The notes beneath the pieces were generated by a model. It did not search any database, was not told the DNA's origin, and saw only the letters and a list, made by a program, of their open reading frames with translations. A DNA stretch of 64,000 nt from Basidiobolus meristosporus CBS 931.73 (taxonomy: Eukaryota > Fungi > Basidiobolomycota): the NCBI GenBank assembly GCA_002104905.1, contig MCFE01000238.1, positions 1 to 64,000 of the forward strand, read 5' to 3'. The position numbers and the translations under genes were made by a program. Within the stretch, counting starts at the first letter, position 1. Every line of letters starts with the position of its first letter. Shown piece after piece: positions 11,400 through 25,288 of the stretch.

Positions 11400-14300
11400 A
11401 AGTAGTGATACTAGTTGAACTGTTGTTTATTCAAAGAGATTTTCTGTAATTACACCTTTGTGAAAGTAATACAACTGTAACACTACTTATCCTTGTAAAT
11501 ACATGTTGGCTCATCTGAATAGAAAACTGAGTCCTTGAATAGTTTTTGTAGCTATATAGCCTCCTTAGTTGATTGACATGCAGCCATATATTCAGCTTCA
11601 GTTGTAGACAAGGCTACAGTTGGTTGTTTCTTGTAATTCCAAGTAGCAGCTGCACCAGCATAAAGAAACATATATCCTGTAATAGAGCATCTGTCAATCA
11701 GATCCCTACCCCAATCAAAATCACCATAACCGTCAATTTTTTGCCTATTAACTGCTCCAGAATATTCCGGTACCATACTTACAGAACTTTGTAAATATCT
11801 GATAATCCGCTTAACTGCTGCAATTTGATCTGATCAATAATTCTGCATGAATTTACTGACTATTCCATTATCTGGACATGTAGACACCATCAAGTACATT
11901 AGGCTACCATTCATTGATTGATGGGGTAAGCTATGGTCCATATATGAGCCGTTTTTGTATATAACTTACCAAGATTTGCTTAATTTCAGGTTATTGTCCA
12001 TAGGGGTAGCTGCGGGTTTGTAGTTTTCCATTTTGAAGTGTCTAAGAATGTTCCTGATATACTTAGACTGATTCAGCACAGCTTTCTTTGTGGGTACTCC
12101 AAATTTGACTTCAATTCCAAGAAAATAGCTCAATTTTCCAAGATCTTCCATCTCAAACTTGCTGAAAAGATCTGATTTTGTCTGTCAAACTGCCTCTTTG
12201 TCACTTGTAGCAATAATTAGGTTGTTCACATAAAGAACTAGGAAAATCACACCATTTTTGAGCTGTTTCACATATATACTATGATCTGCAGTGCTACAAG
12301 AGAACCTGATTTCCTCTAGATATGTGTCAATCTTGTAATACCATGCTCTAGGTGCCTGCTTAAGCCCATACAACAATTACCAAGTTTGCACATCTCATGG
12401 GGGTCTTGTGGATTGATAAAACCTTCTGGTTGCTCCATATATATAGATTCTTGTAAATCCCCATTTAGAAAAGCTGTTTTGACATCCATTTGGTGTAGAT
12501 CTAGACTGTGTACAGCTGCCAGGGCTAGAACTGTCTTAATGGAGTTTAACTTGGCAACCAGAGCATATATTTCCTTGAAGTCTAGTCCCCAGAGCTGGCA
12601 ATAGCCTTTAGCCACCAATCTAGCAATGTACCTATCAATGGCACCATTTGAGGTTATCTTGATCCTGTAGACCCATCTAAATCCTATTGGCTTTCTCCCA
12701 TTTGATAAATCTACCAGTTCCCACATTTTTGCCTTGTTCAGTGATGATTCTCCTCCTCCATAGCTTGATGCCACATACTAGCATCTGGACTTTGCATTGC
12801 CGGTTCTAGATTCTGAGGTTTGGCACATAAGGCAAGATAAGCTTCTTCATGATCACTGGATGTCTGCCACCAGGATCCATGGTCATTTCTTATTCTGGTA
12901 GATCTCCTAACTGGGATAATCTGCTCTGATCTGGAACTGGTAGAGTTATCATCAGTATCTGGCTGAATTAGATATGTATCTTTTTCATTAGTGTTGATTT
13001 CATCATCAGGTAGCTGGCAAATGATTTCAATGGCTTTGTGATCTGAATTTTTCTTGTATACAACATCGCTGCTCTTGATCAGCTTCTGAATTTTGCCATC
13101 ATACACTCTATACCCTTTAGTATCTTCTCAATACCCAAGAAAGATCCCTTTCCTACTCTTTGGTTCCAGCTTTGAGCATTTTTATTCAGGGATGTGGTAA
13201 TAAACATCATTGCCAAAGATCTTGAGGTGATGGAGATCTGCTTTTTGCCTATATATGCTTCTAAGGGTGTGGCATCATGTAGCGCTGTTGTTGGACATCT
13301 ATTCTAGATGTAACATGATAGCAACAGATTCAGTCTAAAACTTGTAGTCCATTCCCTTGTCATGTAGCATGGATCTTCCCATCTCTTCTATTGCTCTATT
13401 GGCACATTCTGCTACTCCATTTGGCTGTGGAGTATCAAGAACTGTGGTCTGTTGAAGTATACCAGTAGATCAGTAGTATTTTGCTAACACCTTTGAACAG
13501 TATTCTCCTCTATTGTCACTTTGTAGTACCTGTACTATACACCCAGTTTGTGTTTTTGGCATGTTCTTGAAGTGCTTAAATGTCTCTAAAGCTTCATCCT
13601 TTGTTTGAAGGAAGTACACCCAGGTGTATCTTGTTTGTCATCAATAAACATCATAACGTATATCTTGGCTCCAAAGGACAGTGTTCTCATGGGGCCACAT
13701 ATGTCTAGGTGTTCAGTAGCCAATATCTTGGTGGTATTGATGTCTTCTGAGTTACTGAAACATTGCCTAGCTTGTATGCAATATGAATATCCTCAAACAG
13801 ATTTTTCACCAATTGGCTCATTTTCTGTTCCCCAATGTGTCCTAGCCTTCTATGCCACATCTCCAAGTTGATTCCATCAGTTTCAGCAATGTTGACATAC
13901 TCAGGTACAATGATCTTGCATTGTAGCTTGTATATAGTGTGATCTCTGATTCCCAAAGCTAATTATTATCCATTTTCACTCAATATTGAGCGGTTCATCT
14001 TAGTCAAAGCAAATTTTAGTCCCTGAGCAGTTGCTTTACTGACTGAGAGTAGGTTCTTAGCTATTCCAGGTACATAGTGTATGTAGGTCAGTCTTGCTGC
14101 TGTTGTCACTGAGATATTGCTCATATTTAGCTGTATAGACCCACTAGTGGTAACTTCCGGAGCAGAATTATTTCCCAGATAATCCTTTCTTACAGGAATA
14201 GTCTTTAAGTTGCTGAACCACTCCATTATAACACAGATATGTTGTGATGCTCAATAGTCAATATACCATTTGTTACTTTTGTTACTTGCATTCTCTTGTA

Positions 14301-15290
14301 TGGTTACAAATAAATGTTCATCAGCAGGTATATTGTTTGCATGCTCTAGTTTCTGCTTTTTGTCTGCTTGCTTCTTCTTGCATTCTCTTGCACAGTGTCC
14401 TGGCTTTTACAGTAGTTGCAGCAACCGGGTTTTCTTTGGTTTTGTTGCTTTCCCTTCTTTTCTGAGTGCCTTTCTGAACTGAATAAAGCATTATCTTCAA
14501 TTTTCTCTGCTTGATCATTATATCTGGGTTCTTCAAGGAAAAGTCTTCCTTTGATATAGACTAAAACCAAATTGTCTTCTATGCTTTCAAAAGAAAGTAT
14601 GAGTGGCTGATACTAGTCTGGTGGGCTGCAAAGCAGACAGAGTATCTTTTTTCCTCAACTACACCACCATTAGTACTGTAAAGTTCTTCTGCAAGTGTCT
14701 CCATTCTGGTAATGAGTTGTAGCATGTCATCATCTGGCTTTGTCCTCATGTTGAAGAAGTTTTGTTCTAAATCAAGCTTGCTTGATAGTGACTATGCTTT
14801 AAAGATCTTCTCTACAGATTCTCATGCTGCTTTGGCAGTATTTGTGGCATGGATTTGTCCAATGAAGGAATCTTGCACATTGATACTTATGGCATAAAAA
14901 GCCTTTCTCTCCTTCTCTTGCAACTTCTCCATTTCTTCTGCTGTTTGTTTGAGCTCAACTTCTTTTCCTGTGTCTATATTCCAAAGCTTCCTTTTCTCAA
15001 GGTGGATCTGCATCTTGATTCTCCAAAGTCTGTAGTCTGTAGATCTTTCCATCAAGCCTCTCCTTGACAGGGAAGATGCTTGTGTTGTTCTATTTGCTGG
15101 TAGAAGTCATCTTGGGAATAGATTAAGGCAATTAGGGCTCATAACCTGTTGCAATTTAAGAAGTGTTTTGGATATAAGGAACTTATCAAGAAAAAGTGAT
15201 AATAGTTGAACTGTTGTTTATTAATAAAGAAGCTCAGTACTTATACCCTTGTAGAAGTAATATAGCTGTAATACTGGGTAAGAAGGGTGT
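11400..15290 (-). mobile_element. Degenerate near-full-length Ty1/Copia (family A)
   Basis: Partial 5' LTR from 15147 and PBS ggttatgagccc; gag, protease, GAG-pre-integrase (MWHRRLGHIG), integrase, RT (ARLVAKGY, HQMDVKTAFLNG, LYGLKQAPRAW, LYVNNL) and RNase H in Copia order; many stops; LTR remnant at about 11400-11490. Confidence 0.92.
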
Positions 15291-15294
15291 TGGG

Positions 15295-16760
15295 CAGTAG
15301 CTAATGAAATACAATTTTGATTATCCTTGTAAATACATGTTTATTCATCTGTGTTAAATTAGAATCTATGAATAGCTGCTGTAACCGTATAGCCTCCTAA
15401 GTTGCCTGACAAGCAGGCATATACCAAGCTTCAATTATAGATAGGGCTGCAATTGTTTGTTTCTTGCAGTTCCAAGTGTTATCTGCACTAGGATATAAAA
15501 GTACACCTGATAAAGGAATATGGCTACTGGAGCATATTTCTTCTCAAATACTAGTTCCTGGATCCAGGAATGGTATCTAGCCACCAATCTGGCTTTGTAC
15601 TATTTTGCCACCATTGGTTGCAACTTTGCGTATTTTTGTCAGCAATGTGATTGAAATATTACTACCAGAGATCCTGATGGGCTGGAGATTTGAGTTATTG
15701 CCTGTCTATGGTTCAAAGGGTGTAGTATCATGTGGTACTGTTGTTGTGCATCTGTTTTTCATGAATACCACAGCAGCAGCAGATTTCAGCTCAGAACTAG
15801 TAGTCCATTCCCTTTTATGTGGCATAAATCTTTCTAGCTCTACTTTGTTCTATTTGCACACTCAGACACTCCATTTCTATATAGGGTATGTGGTACAGGG
15901 GTCTGTTGAAGTATACAGGTTGATAAACAATATTTGCATACTCCTTTGAGCAGTATTCCCCTCCATTGTACTTTGAAGTACATTCATTCTACACCCATTG
16001 CATGTTTCTGCTATGTTTTTGAAGTGCGTACACTTCTCTAAAGCCTCATCTGTGGTCTTGAGGGAATGCACCTATGAATATCTTGTCTGGTCATCAATAA
16101 ATGCCATAAAGTATCACTTGGCTCCAAAGGACAGTTTTCTCACGGGCCCACATATGTACAAGTGCATAATAACTAATAATTTGGTGGTATAGTGACTCCT
16201 CAGCTTCCAAAACATTGCCTAGCTTGCTTGCCATATCAACATCCTTTATAGATGCCATACTTGATTGGATTTGAGTAGTTTAGGCCCAAAGCACAGACGT
16301 TTTTTGACAATTGGCTTTTTTTCTGTTTCCCAATTTGTCCTAGCCTCCTATACCATGGCTCCCAGCTAGACTCATCATTTTCAGCAATGCTGACATAATC
16401 AGATATAATGGTCTTGCACTATAACTTGCATATATTCAGATATCTGATTCCCAGAGTTGATTTTGTACATCTTCATTCAATAATGGGCTGCTCAGCATAG
16501 TAAAAGCAAAACTTAGTCCCTGAGTAGTAGCATTACTCAGTGAGAGTGGGATCTTAGCTTTCCAAGCACCTAAAGTTTGTCAGTCAGTATTGCTCTTGCT
16601 GCTCCTGAGATATTACTCATATTTAGCTGTGTAGACCTACTGGAGATAGCTTTCTGTACAGAGTTGTCTCTTGGATATGTGTTTTTTACAGAATTAATCT
16701 TGGAGTTGCTGCACCACTCCTTTATACTGCAAATATGCTGTGATGCTCCAGTCAGTATAC
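15295..16760 (-). mobile_element. Heavily deleted Copia pol fragments (family A-like)
   Basis: Patches homologous to the RNase H, RT start, integrase and protease regions of the 11.4-15.3 kb copy. Confidence 0.75.
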
Positions 16761-17077
16761 CTGTATTCACTGATATTTTAACTGATCTTTGTTGAGCTTG
16801 CAGCAGCTCTGTATATACATTTAGCCAGATCAATTGCAGACTAGTAGTATTTCTTAATGCAGGTTGTGGCTGATGACTTGATTAAATGCATCATCATCAA
16901 CCACTTTTATGATACTTGAAATATCTATTTCTATTTGACAAGGATCAGGTGATTCATCTGCTGACTAATACTACTGATTTGATATATAACACTGATATAC
17001 CAATAGGCTAAGTATAAAACTAATTGATTTGATCAAAAACTGATCTAACTTAAGCATTTAAGTGGTTGATCACAACA
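16760..17077 (-). repeat. Truncated Gypsy LTR (same family as 3022-3390)
   Basis: Reverse complement begins tgttgtgatcaaccacttaaatgcttaagttagatcag and follows the LTR for about 310 bp. Confidence 0.85.
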
Positions 17078-17278
17078 ATGGTAACATTATGTTGTTGAGT
17101 GTCAAACTGCTGGCTACCTGGAGAAGACCACTTTGATATAATGCTGTAAGAGAAGAGAAAAATGACCATGTGGCTACTGCAACGGGGCCCTCAGCTATGA
17201 CAAAATCAGATAGTTAAGGATGTATTACAAGAAGCATAGCCAATGCTTTGGCACATAATTCATATTTGGCCATTCATC

Positions 17279-17595
17279 AGTTGCAATTTAAGAAGAGATT
17301 GGGATATAAGGAACCTATCAAGAAATAGTGATAATTGCAGAACTTTTGTTTATTCATATAGTGGATCAGTATTTATAACTTTGTGGAAGAAATACAGCTG
17401 TAAGACTAAGTAAGGAGGGTGTCTTAGCACTCAGGAGCATTCTGTAACAATTTCAGGGCTAGTATATAATGTTTGGTAAAAAGTGTTAATTTGACCTTGA
17501 CTATAGGGGAATGATCATAGGATTATAGTTCTGAAGAAACTGGCAAAGTTGGGGCTGTAAAATGGTCTTACAGCAACCAAGATAGTCTAGACTTG
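17279..17595 (-). repeat. Truncated solo LTR of Copia family A
   Basis: ttgcaatttaagaagagattgggatataaggaac... is homologous to 8972-9290. Confidence 0.85.
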
Positions 17596-18780
17596 CTATC
17601 TTGCTAGCCACTTGATACTTCTATAATGGCACCAGGCTGTACTTGCCACCTTGGGCAAACTAAGTCAGGCAAGTTTTTAATGCCTTTAGGCTCACCTGAG
17701 CCTTCTGAAATGGTACACAGAGTAATAGCCCAGAAGAAGAGGGCTCACTAATGGATTGTTAGCCTATTTCCCTAAGCAAAAGTGCCCTGTATGAGCCTGG
17801 CAAAATCCTAATAAGCAATAAGAAAACACTGGTGGAAAAAAATGCCAAGGATACTTTATGGAGCCAAGTGAGCCCAGGAATCCTTCTATTAGTAAATGAA
17901 GTGGTGTTGTGGCCAGAAGAGTGGTGTGTTTCCACTAATACTAATAGTGGGGGCTATGAGGATTTACTTGTATTCCTTGCCAAAATTATTTTGGATGCAA
18001 CTTATCATGTATATTGTACAAGTGGAAACTGTTGGGAGGCTGGCAATATACGACCTAGAGTCCATCCTGATACTGGCATCTGTTAACAGTTGCATGGTAT
18101 TCACATAAGAAAATGCCACCATTGCAAGGTGTCCAACTTGCCACAAATCCACCAACATTTAAGAAAAAAATTATTTACATTCCAGATATATTCCAATAAT
18201 ATCCTGTCTAAAGAAGCTCAAGCTGTCTAACAAATATGCAAAGTTATAGAGTACTGTTCTCAGTATGAATTAAGTGCAAATATTACAAACAACTACAAAA
18301 CAAGGGCTACTTTGAAGGTATGCATGACAATGCCTTTGCCTTTGCACTTAATGGTTTATCAAACAAGTATTCTACTAGCAAGTCCTGCTGGCCACTGATA
18401 CTTATCTATCTGAATGTGCTACCTGTTGTACAATCTGAGGGCAGAAACCTGATCGTGGTCTTACTGGTATCCAGGCCTTGATCACCATCCAGCCTGGAAA
18501 GCTATTTGTACCCATTGCTGGAAGAATTTTGTATGCTTTCCAGCAGGATACTATTACATTGCTGTCATATCAAACTGAATATTATTAGCTGCACAGGAGA
18601 TACCTCAAGCACTTATTATTATTTGCATTGGAGATACCACAGCCATCAACATGATGGCTGGCTTTTCTGGAGGTAAAGGATGGCGTTGCTGTGAAATGCT
18701 TAAGATTAAGGGGAATAACTCCATAACTCACACACACTTTCATTTTCTAAACATAACATTGAGAACATCAACTTCCCACA

Positions 18781-21700
18781 TAGTGCCAGCCTGTTTATAG
18801 TGCCAGATTGATCTGACACTTTACTGCACTATCTGTCCCTCTAGTATCTACCATAACAACAGTGGTAGGATACAGTGACTGGTATAGTTACTCAATCTTA
18901 ATTATGTTGCTCAGAACAGTGCTTTTCAAGCATTATTTACTCTTCATTATTCTTCAGACACATCTCTGTTGGTGGACATCTGCTTGTATGGATATACTGT
19001 GCATTAATAAGTATCTTACCAATTCTATCTGTTCTGCTCCTTTCTCCTATTGATGACTTTCCTCTGTGTTTACCTACCTCTCTGCTGAATCTCTTTAGGT
19101 ATCCAAATGTATGCTCTACTCTCACTCTGAAATGATTAAGTAAAGTATTGTCAAGCTTCTGCTTCTTGCTACGCCCACCATTCCTTGGTTTCCTATAAGC
19201 TGTAATACATTCTAATTTCTGACAATCCTATCCTATGTAAGCCAAGTGTGCCATACATTTCTCCCCTCTATCAAGCTTTGGATGATTCTCTACCAAGAGT
19301 GCTTTGTCCTGCCTACTCCCAGCAAATGGCCCACTTAGGTCAAAAGTCTTTCATACCTTCTGCAAGGTGGTACTCCATTGCTGTCATCCGGGAATGAAAG
19401 CTTCTAGGACTTCTGTTGCCATGGATGGTGGGATAGAACCTTGTGGGGCAATAGTTAATGTAATAGCAGAGGTAGTAGTGGTGGACTGATGAAAAAAGAC
19501 CATTCAGATGAGCAAGTCATATTAAGATTGGTAGGTGATTGGGCTGTGGTGATTTGAACTAATCTGGCTCAATTAACTTTATTTATCTGATTTTCCATGC
19601 ATTATGATTAAATCTCCTTAAATTGTAATGTACCCCATCATTATGTTTCAAAAGTCATCTTAGGGTTAGGCTATGTGTGCTTCAGAGCAAAACCACCAGA
19701 ACTTGCCACACTGCTCATTTGGACATAAATCCATTGGAGCATGCCAAATCACATCAATAAGCAGCATTACATTGAACACAACCAAGGGTCGTGCCAGCTC
19801 ATCAAGTTGCACCTGCATGTGCTATTACACCTTACCATCAGTAAGTTACTTCTGTTCAACTGACTAATGATGACCTATATGAAGTGCCTCCACCACCAGA
19901 GCCTTTGGCAAGCAAAAGAATGTGTCACCATGTAGCACTGCAGGCTGGTTTGGTAGCATCCTCTGGAGTGTTTAAGCACAGCTAAGCTGCAATACTGCAC
20001 TCATCAACTAGGAGGCAAAATACTGACTACAAATACACAAGTAGCCAAGTTGATAGTCAACAAGGAAGTAGCTTAGGTGCGCAAAGTGAATCACTACCCA
20101 ATGCTTCAGTAGTAATCCCTGTGCAAAAAAAGCTAGAGGATGATGTGATTGCATTGAATTGCTAATATTTACCATGATCCAATCAGTTCATTTTTTTGTG
20201 ATTCAAATCAAGCCATTGCAAATCAGTGATCACAAAATTTTTGATATAAGTAATATCATGGTTGTCTCTCATTTGAGACAGAGCCCCTATTAATAGACAC
20301 CCTGCAGATACATACATCATCTGTAACACCAGTGCAGCCATTTGATCAGTTTTGCACCTATTCAATTGGTTGCGTGCTAGCTATGGCACCTTGTCCAATC
20401 ACTAAGATCAGGGATCTACTTGCGCAATGTGCAAAATGAGATATCTGATGGTAAATCAGGTAGCTTGTGTATTGGTCAAAGAGCAAACTGGGTGCTTACA
20501 GCTTCAGGATACTTTTTAACTGATTAACCACTGAGATACCATCCAATTGGAGTGATGGTAACCAAAATGGTGGGTATCACTGTAGTTTATAGTGTGATAC
20601 GCATTTTTTACATTTACATCAGAGAAACATATCCAAATACCAGATTTTACATTCCAAATAGCTGTATCTGATTGCACACATGATGCAAATATTACCAGTT
20701 GGTGCAATCATCCACACCAACCTCATTGTGTCAGATTGTGTCATGGTGTGTAAGATTGTACCACATGGTGTAAAAGCATCCAGGAGCAATCCTGCCTACT
20801 TGTAGCTGCAATATTGCACCCAATTGTTCCTAGACACCACAGATTGAACTACAAGCCCTGGCACAGTACAATGGAACAAGTGTATTATATGGAAAAATTA
20901 ACAATCATATTGGTTCTCATATGTATCTAATAGAGGACCAGGTTGATGCCAATATACTGATGAATAAGTATCCAAATATATCACTCTGGTTGCTACACCA
21001 AGTCTCAAATCATCTTTAGTACAACCCAGAAAAAACCCACCCCCCAGCCCACAAATCCGGTCTGGACCAGAGAAGTTGATGTTGGATCTGTCTGAGTTCC
21101 TGCCAAATGCCTTTAGTATGGTCCCAGTGTCTATGATGAACCTTCCTACAGATACTAGGGCCCTACTCATTAATCTAGCAGAACCAGATACATCACAAAG
21201 TTGATAGACATGGAAGAAGGTGAGTAGAAAGCTGTGGCATGAGTTCTACACCAAGATGCCAGCAGATGTATGTAAGAAGATATTTTAACAAGACAAGTAC
21301 TGAAATCAAGAATGAGCTAAAAGTGAGGGGATTTGATGAGGAAGCTGTGCAGGAACAATTTTGCATGCAATTTGCTCAGTACAGGCCTGACATGTCTGTT
21401 GGTGCTTCAACTTTGGGAACTAAAGATATTTTGAATGAGTTTTTGCCTCAAATGACTGATGTACTATGTGATATATTAGTAGAGCTAAGTGGCTTCCAAG
21501 AGCAATATATACAGGAGTCATCCAAGCAACAATTCCAAATTTTCAGACAGAGGATAAGTGAATATCTAGAGGAATCAGAAGGTGAGCTTCAAGAGGAAGA
21601 ATATGGACCACATGCAACAGCATCTAGACTGCACCAGCACACCTTGCTGAATACCTTACCATCCCTTGCAACTTCCATGCACCGGCCCAATCAATGCATT

Positions 21701-22762
21701 TTCTTTGTGATTCAAATTAGGCTATTGCAAATCAGTTATCACTAAACTCTTGATATAAGCCATATCAAGGTTGTCTCACATTTGAGACAGAGCCCCCATA
21801 ATAAACACCCTGCATATATATATATCATCTGCAACACTAGTGCAGCTATTTGATCTGATTTATACCTACACAATTGGTTTCATGCATGTTATGACACCTT
21901 GTCCAATCACTAAGATCAGGGATGTACTTGTGTTATGATCAGCGGCTTGAATGTTTAAGTTAGATCAGTTTTTAGTCAAATCAATTAGTATATGTTTAGG
22001 TTATCAGTATATCAGTATTATCTATGAAATCAGTAGCATTAGTCAGCAAATGAATCAGCAGATCCTTATCAGACAGAAATAGATATATTAAGTAGGATCT
22101 TATTAGGTGATGATTATGCAATCAAATGAGTCATCAGCCACAACCTACATTAGGAAATACAATTAGTGAGCAATTGATCCGGCAAAATATATATAAGGAG
22201 CTGCTGGAACCTCAATAAAAATCAGTTCAAGTTTTAGTGAATACAATACTAGCTAAACTCCCTATTCCTCTACAACTCTTATACCAAGACTTGTAACACT
22301 TGCTCAATGGTCAAAATAGGATATTTATTGGCAAGTCAGGCAGCTTGTGTGCTGGTCAAAGGGTCAAATAGGGGCTAACAGCTTCAGGATACCAGTAGAC
22401 TAATCAACCGCTGAGATATCATCTAACTGGATTTATGGTAACCAAAATGGTAAGTATTGGTATAGTTCATAGAGTGAAACAAATTTATTTCCATTTACAG
22501 TTAAGAAATATATCCTAATACCAGATTTTACATACTACATGAGTGGTATCCAATGGCACATGTGATGCAAACATTACAAGTTGGTGCAATCAACCATGCC
22601 AACCTTATTTTGCCAGATTGTGTTACAGTGTGCAAGATAGTCCCACAGAGTTCAAAATAATCCAAGAGCAATCCCACCTACTGGTAGCAACAATATTATG
22701 CCCATTGATTTTTCAAACATGGATTGTGCCAAGCTCCCTGGCATGATATAATGGAACAAGTC
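18781..22762 (-). mobile_element. PHIS (Pangu-like) element copy 2, inverted, internally duplicated and CpG-decayed
   Basis: Subterminal repeats (18781-18830), DDE_Tnp_4 remnant (about 18940-19520; RVEHTFGYLKRF), ORF2 pieces (19860-19985, 20930-21680) and two copies of the left-end segment ending in TIR-like atggaacaagt (about 20870-20883 and 22751-22762). Confidence 0.82.
21931..22298 (+). repeat. Solo Gypsy LTR with 4-bp TSD CTTG
   Basis: TGTTATGATC...TTGTAACA flanked by cttg on both sides; the empty paralogous site reads ggatttacttgctcaatgg (reverse complement near 30436-30455) and ggatctacttgcgcaatg (about 20412-20429). Confidence 0.95.
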
Positions 22763-22983
22763 CAATGTACAGAAGTCAGCATGCAATTGCAGTAAAGTTG
22801 GCAAGCTCTAAGCCATTGGCCAAAATATTGATTTATTGGGAAACTGAAGATACTTGACAGTGAGGGTATCTGTTGCGGCAAAAGCTTTCCACTGGCAGCA
22901 ATGCATTTGATTTTCAGCAATATCCCTTTATTAATTCCCAAGTTGTACATGGGGCATTTCAAGCTAAATGAGCCCTTTGAGAT

Positions 22984-25288
22984 CCCTATGAGAATTATTG
23001 TAATGATTGCATCAAAAGGCCATCGCAAACTTAAGGTCCTGTGAATAAGAGGTACTGATCCTGTTGGGACACCTTCCAGAGACCATTGCAAAATAATTGC
23101 TCCCTAGGTCTTGCAAAAAAACTTAATAAAAGTTTTTCATCATAAAGATATATAAGTGGGTTTTGATTGGTTCCCTGCTGATTTGCTCACCTTGTGATCC
23201 CAGACACTCTATCACCTCCTATGTTTGTGTGCGTAGATTTGCTATTGCCTCTTTTTCACACTCTTTACTTCCTGACTCAATCATTTCTCTTACTTTTCAA
23301 GCAAACATAATGATTTATTTCCATTGAAACTTCAGCTGTACCTCAATTGCCAATTGCATTAACCTATACAAGTCCCTATACATTTCACTAACATTAAGTC
23401 CAACTCCACATTCAACAAGTAACACCATCAAAATCCACCACTCAATAAGCATTTCTGCTGTGACGCTCTGGTTCCCCAACTTTAGTAAGAACCCACTGGC
23501 TTTATGCCACTATTCATTCACTGGTTGCCACATGTCCTGGTCTTCAGCCAGCACTGCAAGGTCAAGCACCTCCTCTACCAGTTTTTGCAATATATCTTTG
23601 CAATTTACAAGTGGACTACCTTCAACGCTGCTCTTAAAGTATTGCTTTAACCCCTTGGTGGGCCTATTAGTGTTCCAAAATTCCACTGAAGGAATTGTGA
23701 TAGTCCTTTAAGTTCTGGATGTTTTAGCCTTGTCTGTCAGTAGGATCTCCATTCCGTCAACAACAGAGGATGTGGAGGCTGTGGTAGACAAGTTGCCTTT
23801 TCAGCAAACTCATCTACCTTGCTGGAGTGTAGCTCAGCTGGCTGCACTTCCAACTCTTGTGAAAATAGCTGCTTTCTTTGTGGTAATTCTTCTTGGGTAT
23901 GATGGGACTCAGTCTGTTCTGGGCTTGCAGCATTAATTGGCATGAACTGCAGTTTTTCTTGCATGCCTCCCTGTCCAAGGCCTATGTAAACATTTTTACC
24001 TTTACCTTCTCCTCTATCACTGCCAGATATCTCACTGCTACTTTGTCTGGGTGCTTCTTGTAATGAAATACATTTTCTCCTTGATAATTTTGCTCTGACA
24101 CATCTGTTTTGACCTGCTTGTTCCTTGCAGGCACTCTTCTGGCAACCCCTATGAAAAATTATCAAGAGGATCCTGTCAAAAGGCCATCACAAAGTTAAAG
24201 TCCCATGACTAAGTGGTATTGATCCCATCAGGACACTGTCCATAGACTGTTGAAAAATAATTGCACCCCAGATCTCACCAAAAACATAGTCAAAATATTT
24301 CATCATAGCAATGTATAAGTAGCTTTGGATTGGTTCCATGCCAATTTGCTCACTTTCTGATCCTGGACACTCTATTGCCTCCTACATTTGTGTGCATTGA
24401 TTGGCTATTGCCTTTTTTTCACACTCCTTACTTCCTGACTTAACCATTTCTCTTACTTTTAATGCGTACAAATTGATTTTTTCCTATGAAACTCAGTTGT
24501 ACCTCAATTGCCAATTGTATTGGCATATACAAGTCCCTATGCCCTACATCAACATTAAGCCCAACCCCACACTCAGCAAGTAACTCCATTGAAATCCACC
24601 ACTCAATAAGTATCTCTGCTGTATTGCTCAGGTTTTGCAAATTTGGTGGAAACGCAACAGCTTTATGCCACTTTTCATTCACTGGTGCCTACATGTCCTG
24701 GTCTTCAGCCAGCACTGCAAGGTCTAACTCTTTACTGGCCAGTCTTTGCAATAAACTCTTGTAATAATCCAGTGAGTATTCTTGAGCATTGCACTTGAAG
24801 AAGTGCGCAACCTCTTGGTGTTCCTATCAATGTTCCAAAACTCCACTGAAGACATTGTGAAAGTCTTTCAAGCTCTTGATGTTGTAGCCTTGGCTGTCAG
24901 TGCAAACTCCATGCTGTCAACAATGGAGGATGTGGAGGCTGTGGTAGACAAATTGCCTTTCTCAGCAAACACATCTACCTTGCCGGAGTGCAGCTCAACT
25001 GGCTGCGCCTCCACCTCTTGTGAAAACAGATGTTTTCTTGTTGATAATTCTTCTTGGCTATAATGGGATTCAGTCTCTTCTGGGTTTGGGGCATTAATTT
25101 TTTGCATGCCTCCCTGTCTCAGGCTTGGGTAGACATTTTCCCTTTGCCTTTTCCTTCATCACTGCCAGGTCCTTCACTACTCCTTGTCTGAGTGCTTCTT
25201 GTAAAGAACTACGTTTTCTCCTGGATGAATTCTGCTCTGGTGCATCTGTTTTAGCCTGCTTGTCCCTTGCTGACACTCTTCTGGCAAC
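22984..25288 (-). repeat. Old tandem duplication (about 1.15 kb units, 22984-24145 and 24146-25288) of the CACTA left end plus orphan ORF
   Basis: Both units begin CCCTATGA(G/A)AA, end ctcttctggcaacc and carry the minus-strand frame LDLAVLAEDQDM.-WHKA-EILIEWWI. Confidence 0.8.

Larger units (their letters stand above)
17085..22983 (+). mobile_element. CACTA/En-Spm copy Y (Tnp2 remnant) interrupted by an LTR fragment and an inverted PHIS element
   Basis: 17085-18780 is homologous to 27530-28927 (SKSCWPLILIYLN motif) and resumes at 22763-22983, matching 28933-29150. Confidence 0.8.
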
